A DNA stretch of 64,000 nucleotides. It comes from Camelus dromedarius. Taxonomy: Eukaryota. The notes beneath the pieces were generated by a model. That model worked only from the letters and a program-made list of their open reading frames with translations, had not been told where the DNA came from and searched no databases. The position numbers and the translations under genes were made by a program. Below are positions 1 to 12,700 of the stretch, one piece after another (positions within the stretch are counted from its first letter, which is position 1; every line of letters begins with the position of its first letter). The DNA is taken from assembly GCF_036321535.1 (NCBI RefSeq), contig NC_087437.1, forward strand, positions 72,542,001-72,606,000, written 5' to 3'.

Positions 1-379
1 ATCATTAACTCCACATAGAAAGAGAATTGAGGCATTATCTAATTTACTTATAAATTAATGTCAGAAATCTATGTAGCAATTTTAAGACAAACCAGTATTT
101 TTTTTTTCTTTAATGAGACATGGACTCAAAAAGTTATCCACAACTGTTAAAAGTCAATTTAAGCTGGAAAAGAGTTTTAATAACATTGAAATTCTGTTTA
201 TTCTAAACCACTACTTCTTTACCCAACTCTTTTAAAGTATCAAAATAGAGTAATATTAGCATTTATATGCTAGCTTAACATTTCTTGGGGGAAAAGGTTT
301 GTTAGGAAACTCTGGAGTAGAGACTAAAGAAGCCAATCTGAGTATTTGTCACATATTCACAGTCAGGCAGTGAGATTCT

Positions 380-1034
380 GTTGAACTTGGTTGCTATAAA
401 AATATATAAAAGTTGGAAAAAACCTGGCCCATCAAGGTCTCAAATGAGATAAAAGAAAGTTATGACTGAATATCATTATGGTCTATTAATTTCTGTCTGG
501 ATAGAACAACATAAGAGATCAGAATATTCTCCACCCCATCACCCAAACCCCCACCGCTTCTGACTTTGAAGTAGCTGCCAGAACATGCTTCCCGAGGCTC
601 AGATAGGCTGAGGGCAAATCCCTCAGTTGTCTATCCCTAGAGCTAAGTAACCTGTTTCAGCTTGTGGTCCCGGTGACTGGTTACATGAAAAATCCTCTTT
701 TCAGTTGGATAGATACAGAGTGAATAATAGCTGAGTAGTGCTTGGTATCATTAAGAACATGGGATGACGCTGACTAGCCTCTGTCCCTTGGGGTTGTACC
801 TTTTCTATCTCATTTAAATCAAAAGCATCGTAGAAGAGGAAAGTATCCCTAATTTTCGCAGACTCTAAGAAATCACTAGAAATAATTAAGGAGAAATATG
901 AGCTTTTTATTTGTCTTTCGAAGGAAAGCTTTAGAAGGCCATCAAGAAGGCAAATCCTACGTTCCTTTGGTCCTAGGTGAGTTTTGCCGAGAGTCCTAAG
1001 AGTTGGATTCAGAAAGCCTGTGACAAACAACAGG
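380..1034 (+). promoter_or_regulatory. Probable SLC9C1 promoter / 5' UTR region
   Basis: No obvious repeats directly upstream of the ATG; CRE half-site TGACG at 765-769; possible UTR acceptors at 923 and 976. The TSS cannot be determined. Confidence 0.35.
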
Positions 1035-1179
1035 ATGAATTCCAGCGGTTCTGATTTGGATTTTCTTGACAAAAGATTTACTAGTGGATGGCTGAAATTT
1101 TTCAGGACTGTATTCATGAAAAGTTCTGAGGATCTTCCTGAAATCATTCTAATATTGTCTTTGATCTGTACAGTTGGAG
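1035..1179 (+). CDS. SLC9C1: SLC9C1 coding exon 1 (MNSSGS...[17 protein letters not shown])
   Basis: ATG at 1035 with A at -3; donor G|gtaagt; 145 nt, phase 1. The start codon is less certain, as there is another in-frame ATG at 1116. Confidence 0.85.
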
Positions 1180-4100
1180 GTAAGTATAATCCTTTTTATT
1201 TTAGTTTATTCTATGGACATATTTTGTAAATGTCATTGTAAAGAATTAAGGAAAGTAGCAAGAGTAGGAAATTAGATTTTTGTTTTTAAATTCATACCTC
1301 TATCCTCAGATTTTTAATCAAATGAATCCAACAGTAATCTGCCCCGAGAAGAGACATGTAGGATCTAATCCATATTCTTCACTTCTATTGAGTTCAAAGT
1401 ATTCATACCTTTTTACCAGCTAGGTCATGGTTAGATTTAAGTGATGTGGAGAACTGAAGCACATAGGCAGAAAATCAAGGGTTTAGGGATTTTATTGTTA
1501 CCTGCATTATCATAAACTATTGTTTCATTCATATTTTAAAGTTAGCTGTCCCACAGCTTTCTTCCCCTGGACAAAGAATTTTCAAAGTGATAGATCTTCT
1601 GAATGATTCAGTTACTTTTTAACCACGTGATAGGATGTCCCTTAGGTTTTGTCCAAGTGCTAAATTATACTCAGCTTTTATGAGAAGAAAAGAACACTGT
1701 AGAAATCAAGAGAGAGCACCTTTTCTGCATTCTTTGACCTGATTAGGAAATGTATTACCAAGATAATCAGAAAACATTAAACTGAAGGAAACACTGTAAT
1801 ATTGCTATTGCACTTTGAAAACAAGTAATGAAAGAAGTTAAGCAAAGTTAAATATTCATTTTGGGCTTTAATAGGTAGTAGGTAACTAGTAATAGGTAGC
1901 CATTTTTTTTTCATTGTTAAATTATTTTACTAATTCCTCATTGTTATCTTGGGAATCAGCCAGAATATTTCATTTAAGTTATTTATTATTAACCCCTTAT
2001 TGCAGGGTTGCTAAAGATTCGTTAACAAAGCAAATATCTGACTTATGACATGTACAAAAATTGATACAAATATTTTAGTACAACCCAACAGCCAGTGATT
2101 GCTAACAATATTTACTGAAGATTCTAAGGAAATGATATACCTCATAGAAGAGGTAAAGCATGAATTTAGCGGATTACCAATTACACTGATTCTGTATGCC
2201 GAAGTGTGAGGAAGGGTTTCAGTTACAGGAGTATAGCAAGAAAGTGGTGGAACAGCATGTCATTGTCCTTGAAATTAAGAAATCATATCAAATTAAAGTT
2301 CTGTAAATGTGGTATTTCATTGCCTTTCAGTAAAGACATAGTTTTTTTGCAGCATTTTTGAACCTACACTTGAAAGACTTTCCAGTTCCTCTCCCTGTGA
2401 TATTATTTTTAATTGGATGCAGTTTTGAAATGTTAAGTTTTACATCTGACCAGGTGTGTACAGTGAATATGAGTATTTTATATATCTGAGTATATCTAAA
2501 ATTCACGTAAATACAAAGATGGCTTAAGAAAATTTGTGAACCTATCTCTTCACTGCTCTGCCAGTTGAAAGATATTTGTGGTGTGGGTAGCATCAGATCA
2601 GCTGTGTAGAAAAAGGAACCAGGAGTGAAAGAGCTGAAATCCAGCTAAACATAGTCTAAACAGAGCCTAGGTCTGAGACTAGGTAAGCAATTCAGAACGA
2701 GTACACTTACAGCTACTGAGAGTGTGAGTAGCTGAGTATTTAAGCATAATTCAAACGCTCAGACAAGAAACTGGTTAAAATGTTAGAAGCCCAGAGAGAC
2801 TTTGAGTTACTGGTACAAGACTCTAGTAGTAAGAGAATTCTGACATTGAACCAATGCCTCAGGAATGTTTCATAGAAGCCTCATAGACTAGGGACCAGTC
2901 TCTAAGTGTACCTGACTCAAGCTACAGTATTATGAAATCATCAGAAACAGCTGGAGTCTGGTAGAGGAGAGAGAATACGCTTACTACAAGGGATACAGAA
3001 TACATTTTTTTTTTAATTTTAATTTTTTATTGAAGTATAGTCAGTTTATGATGTGTCAGTTTCTGGTGTACAGCATAATAGTTCAGTCATACATATACAT
3101 ACATATGTTCATTTTCATACTCTTTTTCATTATAGGTTACTACAAGATATTGGATATAGTTCCCTGTACTGTACTGTATGAACTTGTTGTTTATCTATTT
3201 TATATATAGTAGTTAGTACCTGCAAATCCTGAACGCCCAATTTATTGACACACTAAATAGTTCCCTAGCCCGGGTATTGGCAGTAAATTTTTTCTGTAAA
3301 AGATCACATAGTAAACATTTTAGATTATGCAGGTCATATGATCTCTTTCACAACTACTCAACTCTGCCATTGTAGCTCAAAAGCAGCCATAGACAATATG
3401 TAAGTAAATGGGCATGGCTGTGTTCCAATAATACTTTATTTATAAAAACTGGCTTTGAGCCAGATTTGGCCCAGAGGGTGTAGTTTGCCAACACCTGCTC
3501 TAGTTAATCAGTGCGTAAATGAGAATGTGTGTGGAAATGATTGACTTTCCCAAACAAATTTAACCAGTGATGTTAAAAAAAAACATAGTGGAAATCATGT
3601 ATCTATGCGAGAACCAGAAGCAGATTACTACTTCATTTGTCATGAACAGGTTTCATAACCATATGATTTTTGACGTAAGTGCAATTTTAAGTACTTCTAT
3701 GAGCTTGTGTGTCAAGATCTGTGAAGAGTCTAAGACTTTACTCTACTTTCAAGCTATTCAGTTGGCTTGCCACAATTTCATGGTCCTGGCAAAAGGCATG
3801 GGACTCCTGGGCTTGAGAGAGAGGATTTGTTACTCACAGCAATAGCAGAAGCCAGAGTATCAGCATTTTCTTGTCCCTGTTCCATGAGCCCCACAAGGAG
3901 AAGCAAAGAAGTGAAACCTGCACACTCAATGGGTTGCATTACAGGAGGAGAAATCTGAGATTAGAGAACTTGAATATTTTATGATGGGCAGTAAGCTTTT
4001 CTGCCCTCTTGCTCCGGAGAGAGATTATCATTATTACACTGGCGAGTATAGTAAACCTGCCCTTTCCTCTGGAGGGACACTTGCTCTCTCTTCCAAAGCT

Positions 4101-6710
4101 GTTAGATATTCTTGAAAGAAAATATTCCCGGAAGAAAGCAATCACTGCCTCCATCTGTAAATTATGGAGAAACACAAGAGACCCATGAAGAATCATCTCC
4201 CAAATTCAAAGATAATCAACCAACACAGTAGGTACTCAGTGTTTCCTTAATGAATGAATGTTGAATGGATGCCCATAATAGGATTTACAAATATCAACTA
4301 AAACACCATTAATTTGTTATTTCATGAACTGCATTACCTTCCTAGTCTCTATCCCTGCTATTCTCCCATACACAGCTTCTGTGTAAGCCATGACTAATTA
4401 CACAGTTTTGGGAATTTGATATGATTGTTTACTCCTTTGCAGACTTTGTACATCATCATGAAATCTCTTTCATCTATCTGAAATCTCTTTATCTTGTACG
4501 CCTGAAAATCTCCTACATATTCTTTAGTACTTATGTCAATGTGCTTCCTATATCTGTTCTTTAAGAAGATAAAATAGGCATAGAGATTACACTAACCTTT
4601 TCTTGTAGTTGGTAATGATCTGATGAAAAATTGTGAATATCCAACGGTGTTAAGACTTTAGTGTTTATCATGTTGTGATGGATCTTTCTATCTTTTGCTA
4701 GAGATAGGAGTGCCTGGCATGTATTCTATGCCAAAAGACCAATGGATAAATGAGAAAATGACATGTTTTTATATTATTAGGTCCAACAATTTGCAGACGC
4801 CATACAATGGATAGATCCACATTTATTTTTTAGTTTATTTACACCAATAATTATCTTTAATGTTGCATTTGACATGGATGTTTACATGCTCCACAAGTTA
4901 TTTTGGCAGGTAAGAAGTACTCTTTTTCAAAAATATTATTCACTCAAGAACTACCACATGTTATCAATGTTGAGTTTTTTTTTTATATTTTAAAATTCAA
5001 TTTTATTGAGGTACAATTTACATGCAGTAGTAAGCATACATTTTCAGTGCACAGTTTGATGAGTTTTGATAAATATGTATATCTGCATAGCCACACAATC
5101 AAGATATAAAAATTTCTACCACCCTAGAAAATCCCCTTAGACTTCTTTAAACTCAATCCTTCACCAGTGCCTCAGAGAAGCAACCCCTGATCCAATTTCT
5201 TTCCTTTTTTTTTTTTAATGATCCAATTTCATTTGATTTACTTTAGAAATTCAATCCAAATATTGATGTGATTTTTGGCACAGATAGTCATTTAAAAGGT
5301 CATAGGGTATGAGTGAAAACACTTTCTCATTAATTGTCATTTACATATAGTATATGTCCTTTTGAATATTAATCCTCAGAGAAAAGTTGGAGATCATTTC
5401 TATAGCCTTATTATTAAAGTCTCAAATAGATGTCAGGTGAAAAAATGTGCACAGTGATTATTACAGGCATTATTTTCAAAAGCCATTTGTAAGCAAGATA
5501 AATTTTATTCAATTACATTGATTTTAAAAAATCCACTACATGTTGTTTTTAGCAGGTTCTGTAATATTTACATAACAGTTTCATTGTCTTCCATGTATGA
5601 CTTAGATTCACAATCAAAAACAGCAAGTCTCTGCTTTGGTACCACTGTAGATTTTTTCCTCCCCAAATTTTTACTTTTGATGAAGTTCAACTCATCAATT
5701 TTTCTTTTAGAATTTGTGTTCTTATGTCCTATTAAAAATTATTTGCCTTACCCAAGGTCACTAGGATTTTCTCCTATATTTTCTTCTAGTAGTTTAATAG
5801 TTTTAGATTTGACATTTAGGTCTATGATTCATTTTGAATTAATTTTTTATATGATGTGAGGTGAGTGTTCAGATTCATGTTATCTTTCTAAATTAACATT
5901 CAATTTTTACAGAATCATTTTTCTTCTTCGAGTTTTATTGAGATGTAATTGACATAAAGCACGATGTAAGTTTAAGGTGTACAGCATAATGATTTGACTT
6001 ATATACATCATGAAATGATTATCACAATAAGTTTAATGAACTCCATCAATTTATACAGATATAAAATTAAAGAAATAGAAAAAATATTTTTCCTTGTAAT
6101 GAGAATTCATAGGATTTACTTCTTAACAACTTTAATATGTAGCATACAGCAATGTTGATTATATTGGTCATGTTGTTTTACATTATCTCCCTACTACTTC
6201 TTTATCTTATAACTGAAGTTAGTACCTTTGACTGCCTTCATCCAGTTCCCCTTTTCGCACTCCCCCATGGCCTGCCTCTGGTAACCACAAATCTGATCTC
6301 ATTTTCTATGAGTTTGTTTGCTTGTTTGTTTGTTTTTGAATTATAAATGACCTACATCACTATATGTTACTTCCTGTTATACAACATAGTGATTCAATAT
6401 TCTATACATTTCAAAATGATCATCACGATAAGTGTAGTTACAGCATGTCACCATACAAAGATATTGACTATGTACTCCACACTGGACATTTCATATCCAT
6501 TTATTTTGCAGCTGGAAGTTTGTAATCTCCCTCACCTATTTCTTTCCTCCTCTCAACCCCTTCTCCAGGTGGTTGCCTGTTTGTTATCTGTATCTGTAAA
6601 TCTGTTTGTTTTTTCTTATGTTTGTTCACTTAGCATAATACCATCTAAGAGGTCCATCCATGTTAGTGCAAGTGGCAATATTTTATTCTTTTTTATGGTT
6701 GAGTAATATT

Positions 6711-6761
<51 letters not shown>

Positions 6762-9700
6762 CTCATATCTTCATTATCCATTCACCTATTGATGAACATT
6801 TAGGTTGCTTCCATGTTTTGGCTATTGTAAACTATGCTACAGCAAATATGGGCATAGTTCTGAATTCTCATAGGTACTTTGAGGCATAATCATCACATTT
6901 CCGCAAGTCCATTTGGTAATAAAATCTTGCTAAAGAGCCACCACAGGTAAAGTAAGAAAAAATAGAAGGCAATGGTGAGAAGGTAGAAAGCCAGTCCTAG
7001 AATAATAGAATTTCCCTTCCCATCTTTTCTTTGGTCTTTTGCCATTTCCATACATTCCTTCTATTATTTTGTTTTCTCTTTTTTTTCCTCTTTTATAACT
7101 TCATCCTAAACTTGTGTTCTATTTTCTATGTTAATAGGCTATGTCTCAGTTCTTATGCATAAATATGTGTATATATGTATGTATATATATGTATATATAT
7201 GGGATGTATGTATATATCTTCACACATGCACATCTATATTCAATGGCCTTATCAAGAAAATTAAAAGTTCCTTTTAAATTATAATACGGTATTTCCTATA
7301 ACTGGTATTTTTGGGGTCCTAGGAATCTCATTGCAACATTTGTTCCATATTTCCAGAGTTGCAAGTACATAATTGTTAAATAAGATAACTTCAGATTTCC
7401 CTTTGATGGATTGATTGAATGTGATTCTGTATCTCCAAAATCCTGATTATCTGCTTTTAATAATGAAATACAAATGCATTCTGATTTTTTTAATCCGTAA
7501 AATTTCTTTGCAGATACTTTTAATCACAATTCCTGGATTTTTTATTAATTATATCTTAATTCTTTGGTATCTGGCATCTGTGAATAAATTACTTTTGAAA
7601 ACCACCCAATGGTTATTATTTTCAGCTATCCTTATGAGTTCAGATCCCATGCTGACTGCAGCTGCTGTAAGAGACCTTGGTAGGTATAATTTTATCTTTT
7701 ATTCTATTTCAAATTTTGTCAATATTTAAATTGTCTAGCTTTAAGATCTTTTGTTCACAGCTTTTCTCTATGTGAAGTGGGGTGCTGTGGCATTAGGGAC
7801 TGAGCATAGAGATTCAGGTGGTGATGTTTAGAACAGAATGAAATGCCAGTAATGGGCTTCCTAAAAAAAAACATATGTGTGTGTGTGTGTGTGTGTGTAT
7901 AAAGTCTTACATTCAATTGTGGAATAAGGAAGGGGATTATTTGGAATATTTGACTTTATACATGCTTCTACCTTGAGCCAACAGAACGGTTCTGGGGACA
8001 TTACAATATTGCATGTACATTGTGGTTACATTTCTATTGCCCAGCACCTCTTTTCTGTTGAAAACACTGTCCTTAGGATAATGCCATTTGATAAAAACAA
8101 ACAAACAAACAAACAAACAAACAAACAAACAAAACCTTTGGAGTCATTGTCAACATTGAGACCAAAAGCCTAAAAAGTCAAAAACAAATCACTAGGGGCA
8201 GTGTTTTCAGTGTGTACTGTTTTAGGAGAAAGAAACCTGTATTTAAAAGTAAAATACCAAGTCAACATAACCCAGAACAAAAGCCAAGAGCTTCATTCAA
8301 AAAAATGAATAACCTGTGTTTCTTCAGTTTCTTTTTAATAATGAGGACTAGAACATTTGTTTTAAAGTAGAATTTTAATATGGCCCATACATGCGCGTGC
8401 GCACACACATGCACATAAAGAGAAAAGAGCTATTTTCATTTTGTTATAGTTCCATTTTCTAAAATGGAATAGTTATACAACAGTATCAGTTGGTTTGGGG
8501 GTGGTTTTTGAGTAAAAGTCACTCTAAAACAGTGGCTTAAAACCACAATTATTCATTATTTCGGATGAGTCTGGCAGTTCTGATGATATAGACTGGCCTC
8601 TGCTGATCTTGGCTAGGCTCACTAAGGAAACTGCAGTCAGCTGGAGGGTCATCTGGGGGCTAGGTGTAGGATGGCCTCAACTGGATGACCCACTGTTCTT
8701 CCACATATTTCTCACATTCCTCCATAAGGGTAACCCGGGACTGCTGCCATGATAGTGGCAGGGATCCAAGAGAGAGGAAGCAGAAATCTTTCTCAAGCCT
8801 CTGTTTGCATTAAGTCTCAGAACAAAACAGATCTCTTGGGTGAGAGAAACTGCAGAGTCTTACAGCAGAGGGCATGGATGCAGGGCAAGGTGAAGACCTG
8901 GACCATCAAGGCAAATGAACTTTCACAGAAACAGACTGCCTTGGCTTTTATTCTCTTCCAACTGCATACTTACTGTATTGGATTGTGACCACAGATTGTT
9001 GGTTCACAAAAAGGGCTTTTACCATTTCCTTAATTATATTTCCTTCCTGTGGACATTTTGAAAATCATTAAAGATGCTAAAAATTATAGTTTTGCCCTAC
9101 AGACACACTGAATAGCAAAGAAAAATGATAACTGATGGATATCTAAACATAGAATATCATCATAAATGGAGGAGAATTAGGATGAAGGTAGGTAATATAA
9201 AGGTGCCGGCCATTCATGGAGCATGATTTCTAAAACCACCGAAAGGGATACATGGGAAAGCCAGACAATTTCAAACTATAGTGAGATTATCTGGACAATT
9301 GCCTTAATATTTGACTTAAGTATTGTGGTATAATGCCTTAGTTTATAATTGACTTTATCCCTTAATCACTGCTTTTTGTCTTGTCTTAAATTCACAATCT
9401 GTGTATTTACATAGGCTAAGTCTCAGAACAAAAGAAAATAATAAATTTTATGTTTTCATCTGTGCTTTGAAAGAAGGCATGAGAGCTCTGGTTGATTATC
9501 TCACTTAATCAACCACAGTTAATTTGGTACCTAATTATGATGGTCTGGACTTCACTTATAGTTGATCTATAAAGAAATTTTTCCTTGAAGGGAGTTTTCA
9601 AACATGACTAAAGTTTATTTAAGTATGTAGGAAAAATATGCAATACAAATCTGTAGCTAACAACATCCTTCTACTTGCTGATAAAATTTTATTCTTTATT

Positions 9701-12700
9701 ATTGATGTTTTTCCCACCTTAAAAAAAAATATTTTCCCCTCCATAGGTCTTTCTAGAAGCCTTGTCAACTTAATTAATGGAGAAAGTCTGATGACCTCTA
9801 TAATGTCTTTAATTTTGTTTGATAGTATTGTGGATGTTAACTTCAGCATGCAAAGAAAGACAAACTATTCCTTAAGTAAGGACTGATTTTTTTCTTAACT
9901 TCTTAAAATTAGAATCCTATATTTTCTGGAAGCTGACATGGATTTCATAATACCTTACCCTAAGCTATGCTTGTACAAACATAATTGTGAGTATTAGTAT
10001 AGTGATTTACCCTTTACATACCCCTTATTTAATATTGGCTGTTGTTTTGTTGTGAGGCTGAGAAGGGACTTTTCCTGAGGACACGTATAGAAGTAGCATT
10101 CCACAGGCCTAGGCTGAATCAGAATGCTTGGCAACAACAATGAGAGATAATGAGATTTTTATGTGTTGAAGGTGAACTCAGAAGATAAGCTGGGTAGTGT
10201 ATCCACTGGTGGTGAGAGGAGGTGGCTTCCCTTCCCTTCACCCTGGGACAATCTCCTTGCAGGCAACACAGAAAGCTGTCAACCCAGGGAGGAAGTGTGA
10301 GTTACAGGGCCACTTACAGGCCTGAGATCAGTGCTTGTAAGCAGAAAGATTGCAAGGTGCACATGAGCTCATTTGCCACATTCGGATAGCCCTGAACCAT
10401 AGTATGTCTTTTCCTTTATCATATGTATATGTGTGTATAAAATAAATTACATATGCACACTATAATGAGTGATTATAAAGTACACAGATGGGTAATTTTC
10501 ACTCAAGACAAGAAATACAGTGTTACCAGCTTCTCCAGGGGTATCTTTCATGCCCCTTCCTGATTAAAACCCCATACTTTCTATGATTCTCAGAGTACAG
10601 TCTCTGAGTTGGTGTGGGAGAGGGTCTACAGGACCTTTTAAGGCTGTCCAAGAGGTCAGATATTTTTGTTAGAATACTAAGAAGTTATATGCCTTTTTTA
10701 CCGTGTTGCCATCTATACTCATTTTGGGAAAGCAATGATTATAATCTTCCTGAGAAAATTGCTGATGTATACTATTCCACTCACTGGATGTCTTCTGTGT
10801 TATCATTCCACCCTCCTACCCAACTGAAAAAAGAGTGTTTAGGAGGTGCTTATAGACTACATTCTAGTGTATCAAGAGGCTGTATGGTGCCAAATAATCC
10901 CATATACTGAAGTGGGATCCTTCTACTACCACCTGTCTGCAGCGATCAAGCACATCCCAAGTTACCTTCCCAACCACTCAGGAGAGGAAGTTTTAGCTAC
11001 GACTGTTTTCCCCGTCCCTGGAGAGCACTTAGTTGTTGGGCAGCCAGGGACCCTGTTTACCTCTATTCTGACTCGCCCATGCCTTACATGATAATAATCA
11101 ATGCCTAAAACTCAGAATTGAAGACTATTGTTTCCCAGAAAGAATCAAAGGAGCTGGTCCAGATGGTGGTGAGTTACCCTACTTGGGCATAAGAAGCACT
11201 TGCCCTCAGCCTTGTTCTGTATCCAACTAGTTGACCCAGACCATGGCAGCTTGGAACATCTGTGGTGATCCTAGAGCCCAAATTTAGTGCAGGAAGGTAG
11301 GTACATCCTCTTTAAATGCTTAGTTTATGCCATCAAAGTGGTGAGTGAGAAAACCAAACCAACTCCATTAATACAGCCTTTTCCAAAATCCAGGGTACAA
11401 AAGGAGGTGGCACAATACAGCACTCAGACAATTTTTTACTATAAAACTTGGTGTAGATAAGGCCTTCCTGAAGATGACTAAGGTGAGCAAAAAAAGAAAT
11501 GTTTATATTCAGAAGTGTCTTAGAAGCTCAAGAACTATCCCTGGGGGAAATAAAAAATGCAAAGGAGTGCAGGCATTGTGCTGGTCAGAGGATCCATGCC
11601 CCACCTCTGTACCCACTCTAGTGTTCTACCAGGTCCCTTCTAAGTAAATACTGACCACAGACTTTCAGGGAACTTTATCAGAGATGACATCTATAATCTA
11701 ATCAAGAGAATTTATTTGATATTCACTGGAAGAAAAAAAAGATATTGGTATGGGAGTTCATTCATTCATTAATCCAAAAACTATTTTTGAGATAGACTAT
11801 GTGATAGCACATATTCTAGGCCCTGGTGATTCAGCCATGAACATAACAGTCCTTGCTTTTGTAGAGCTTGCCTCATAATTTTGACAGTAATCAAAAGAAC
11901 AGAATTTTGGTTTTGTTTAGGTTTCGGAGGAGTAAAAACTGTTAAGTAAGCACTCTTAAAATAATCATAGTAACAGCTATAATAATAAAAGTTCTGCTGT
12001 AGGAGGACGAGAACAATGAACTTGTTACTGAATCAAATGGGTCTGCTCACCCGCCCGGAGTGAAGCCAATATACGGACACTGGGTTGTGTTGAAGAAAAA
12101 TGCAGTATTTATTGTAAAGTTGCCAATACAAGAAGGTCGGGTGGCTCATGCTCTAGGACCCCCAGATTCCTCGAAGGGTTTTAGCAAAGCATTTTTAAAG
12201 GCCACATGTGGTGGGGGAGGGTCACAGGGTATGTGATCAGCTAGTTCACAGTTCTCTGGTTGGTTAATAGTGAGGTAACAGGGCAGTTAACATTATCAGT
12301 CCTTAGACATCAGTAGGTCTGGGGCTCATGATCATCAAGTAGTTAATTTCTTCTATTTGGTAGTGGTTTTAGCATCTGTAAAACAACTCAAGAAGTGTGC
12401 ATCAGACACTATTATCTAGGTACTTCAGAGAGGAGCTACAGCAGAAGATATGAGGGAGGGGCTTATCCTGGGCAGGCCCCATAGGGTCCTGCTCAGTTAC
12501 AAACTTTTTTCCTTTGCCATTAGGACTTTCTCTGAATTTTTAATAGAAGAATTTCTCTTAAGAAATCTGCTTGATAAGTTTTACTGGTATTTCACTTATA
12601 CCAAATGACACAATTACGAAATAATTTTCATACTAATTATTCTTCTTCTAACTTATGTAATTATTTAAAGTGTTGCTCTATCTTTGAAGTTAGCACATAT

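Noticed and set aside
701..1147. 148-aa minus-strand ORF overlapping the first coding exon
   Set aside because: No recognisable homology; most likely an antisense shadow ORF
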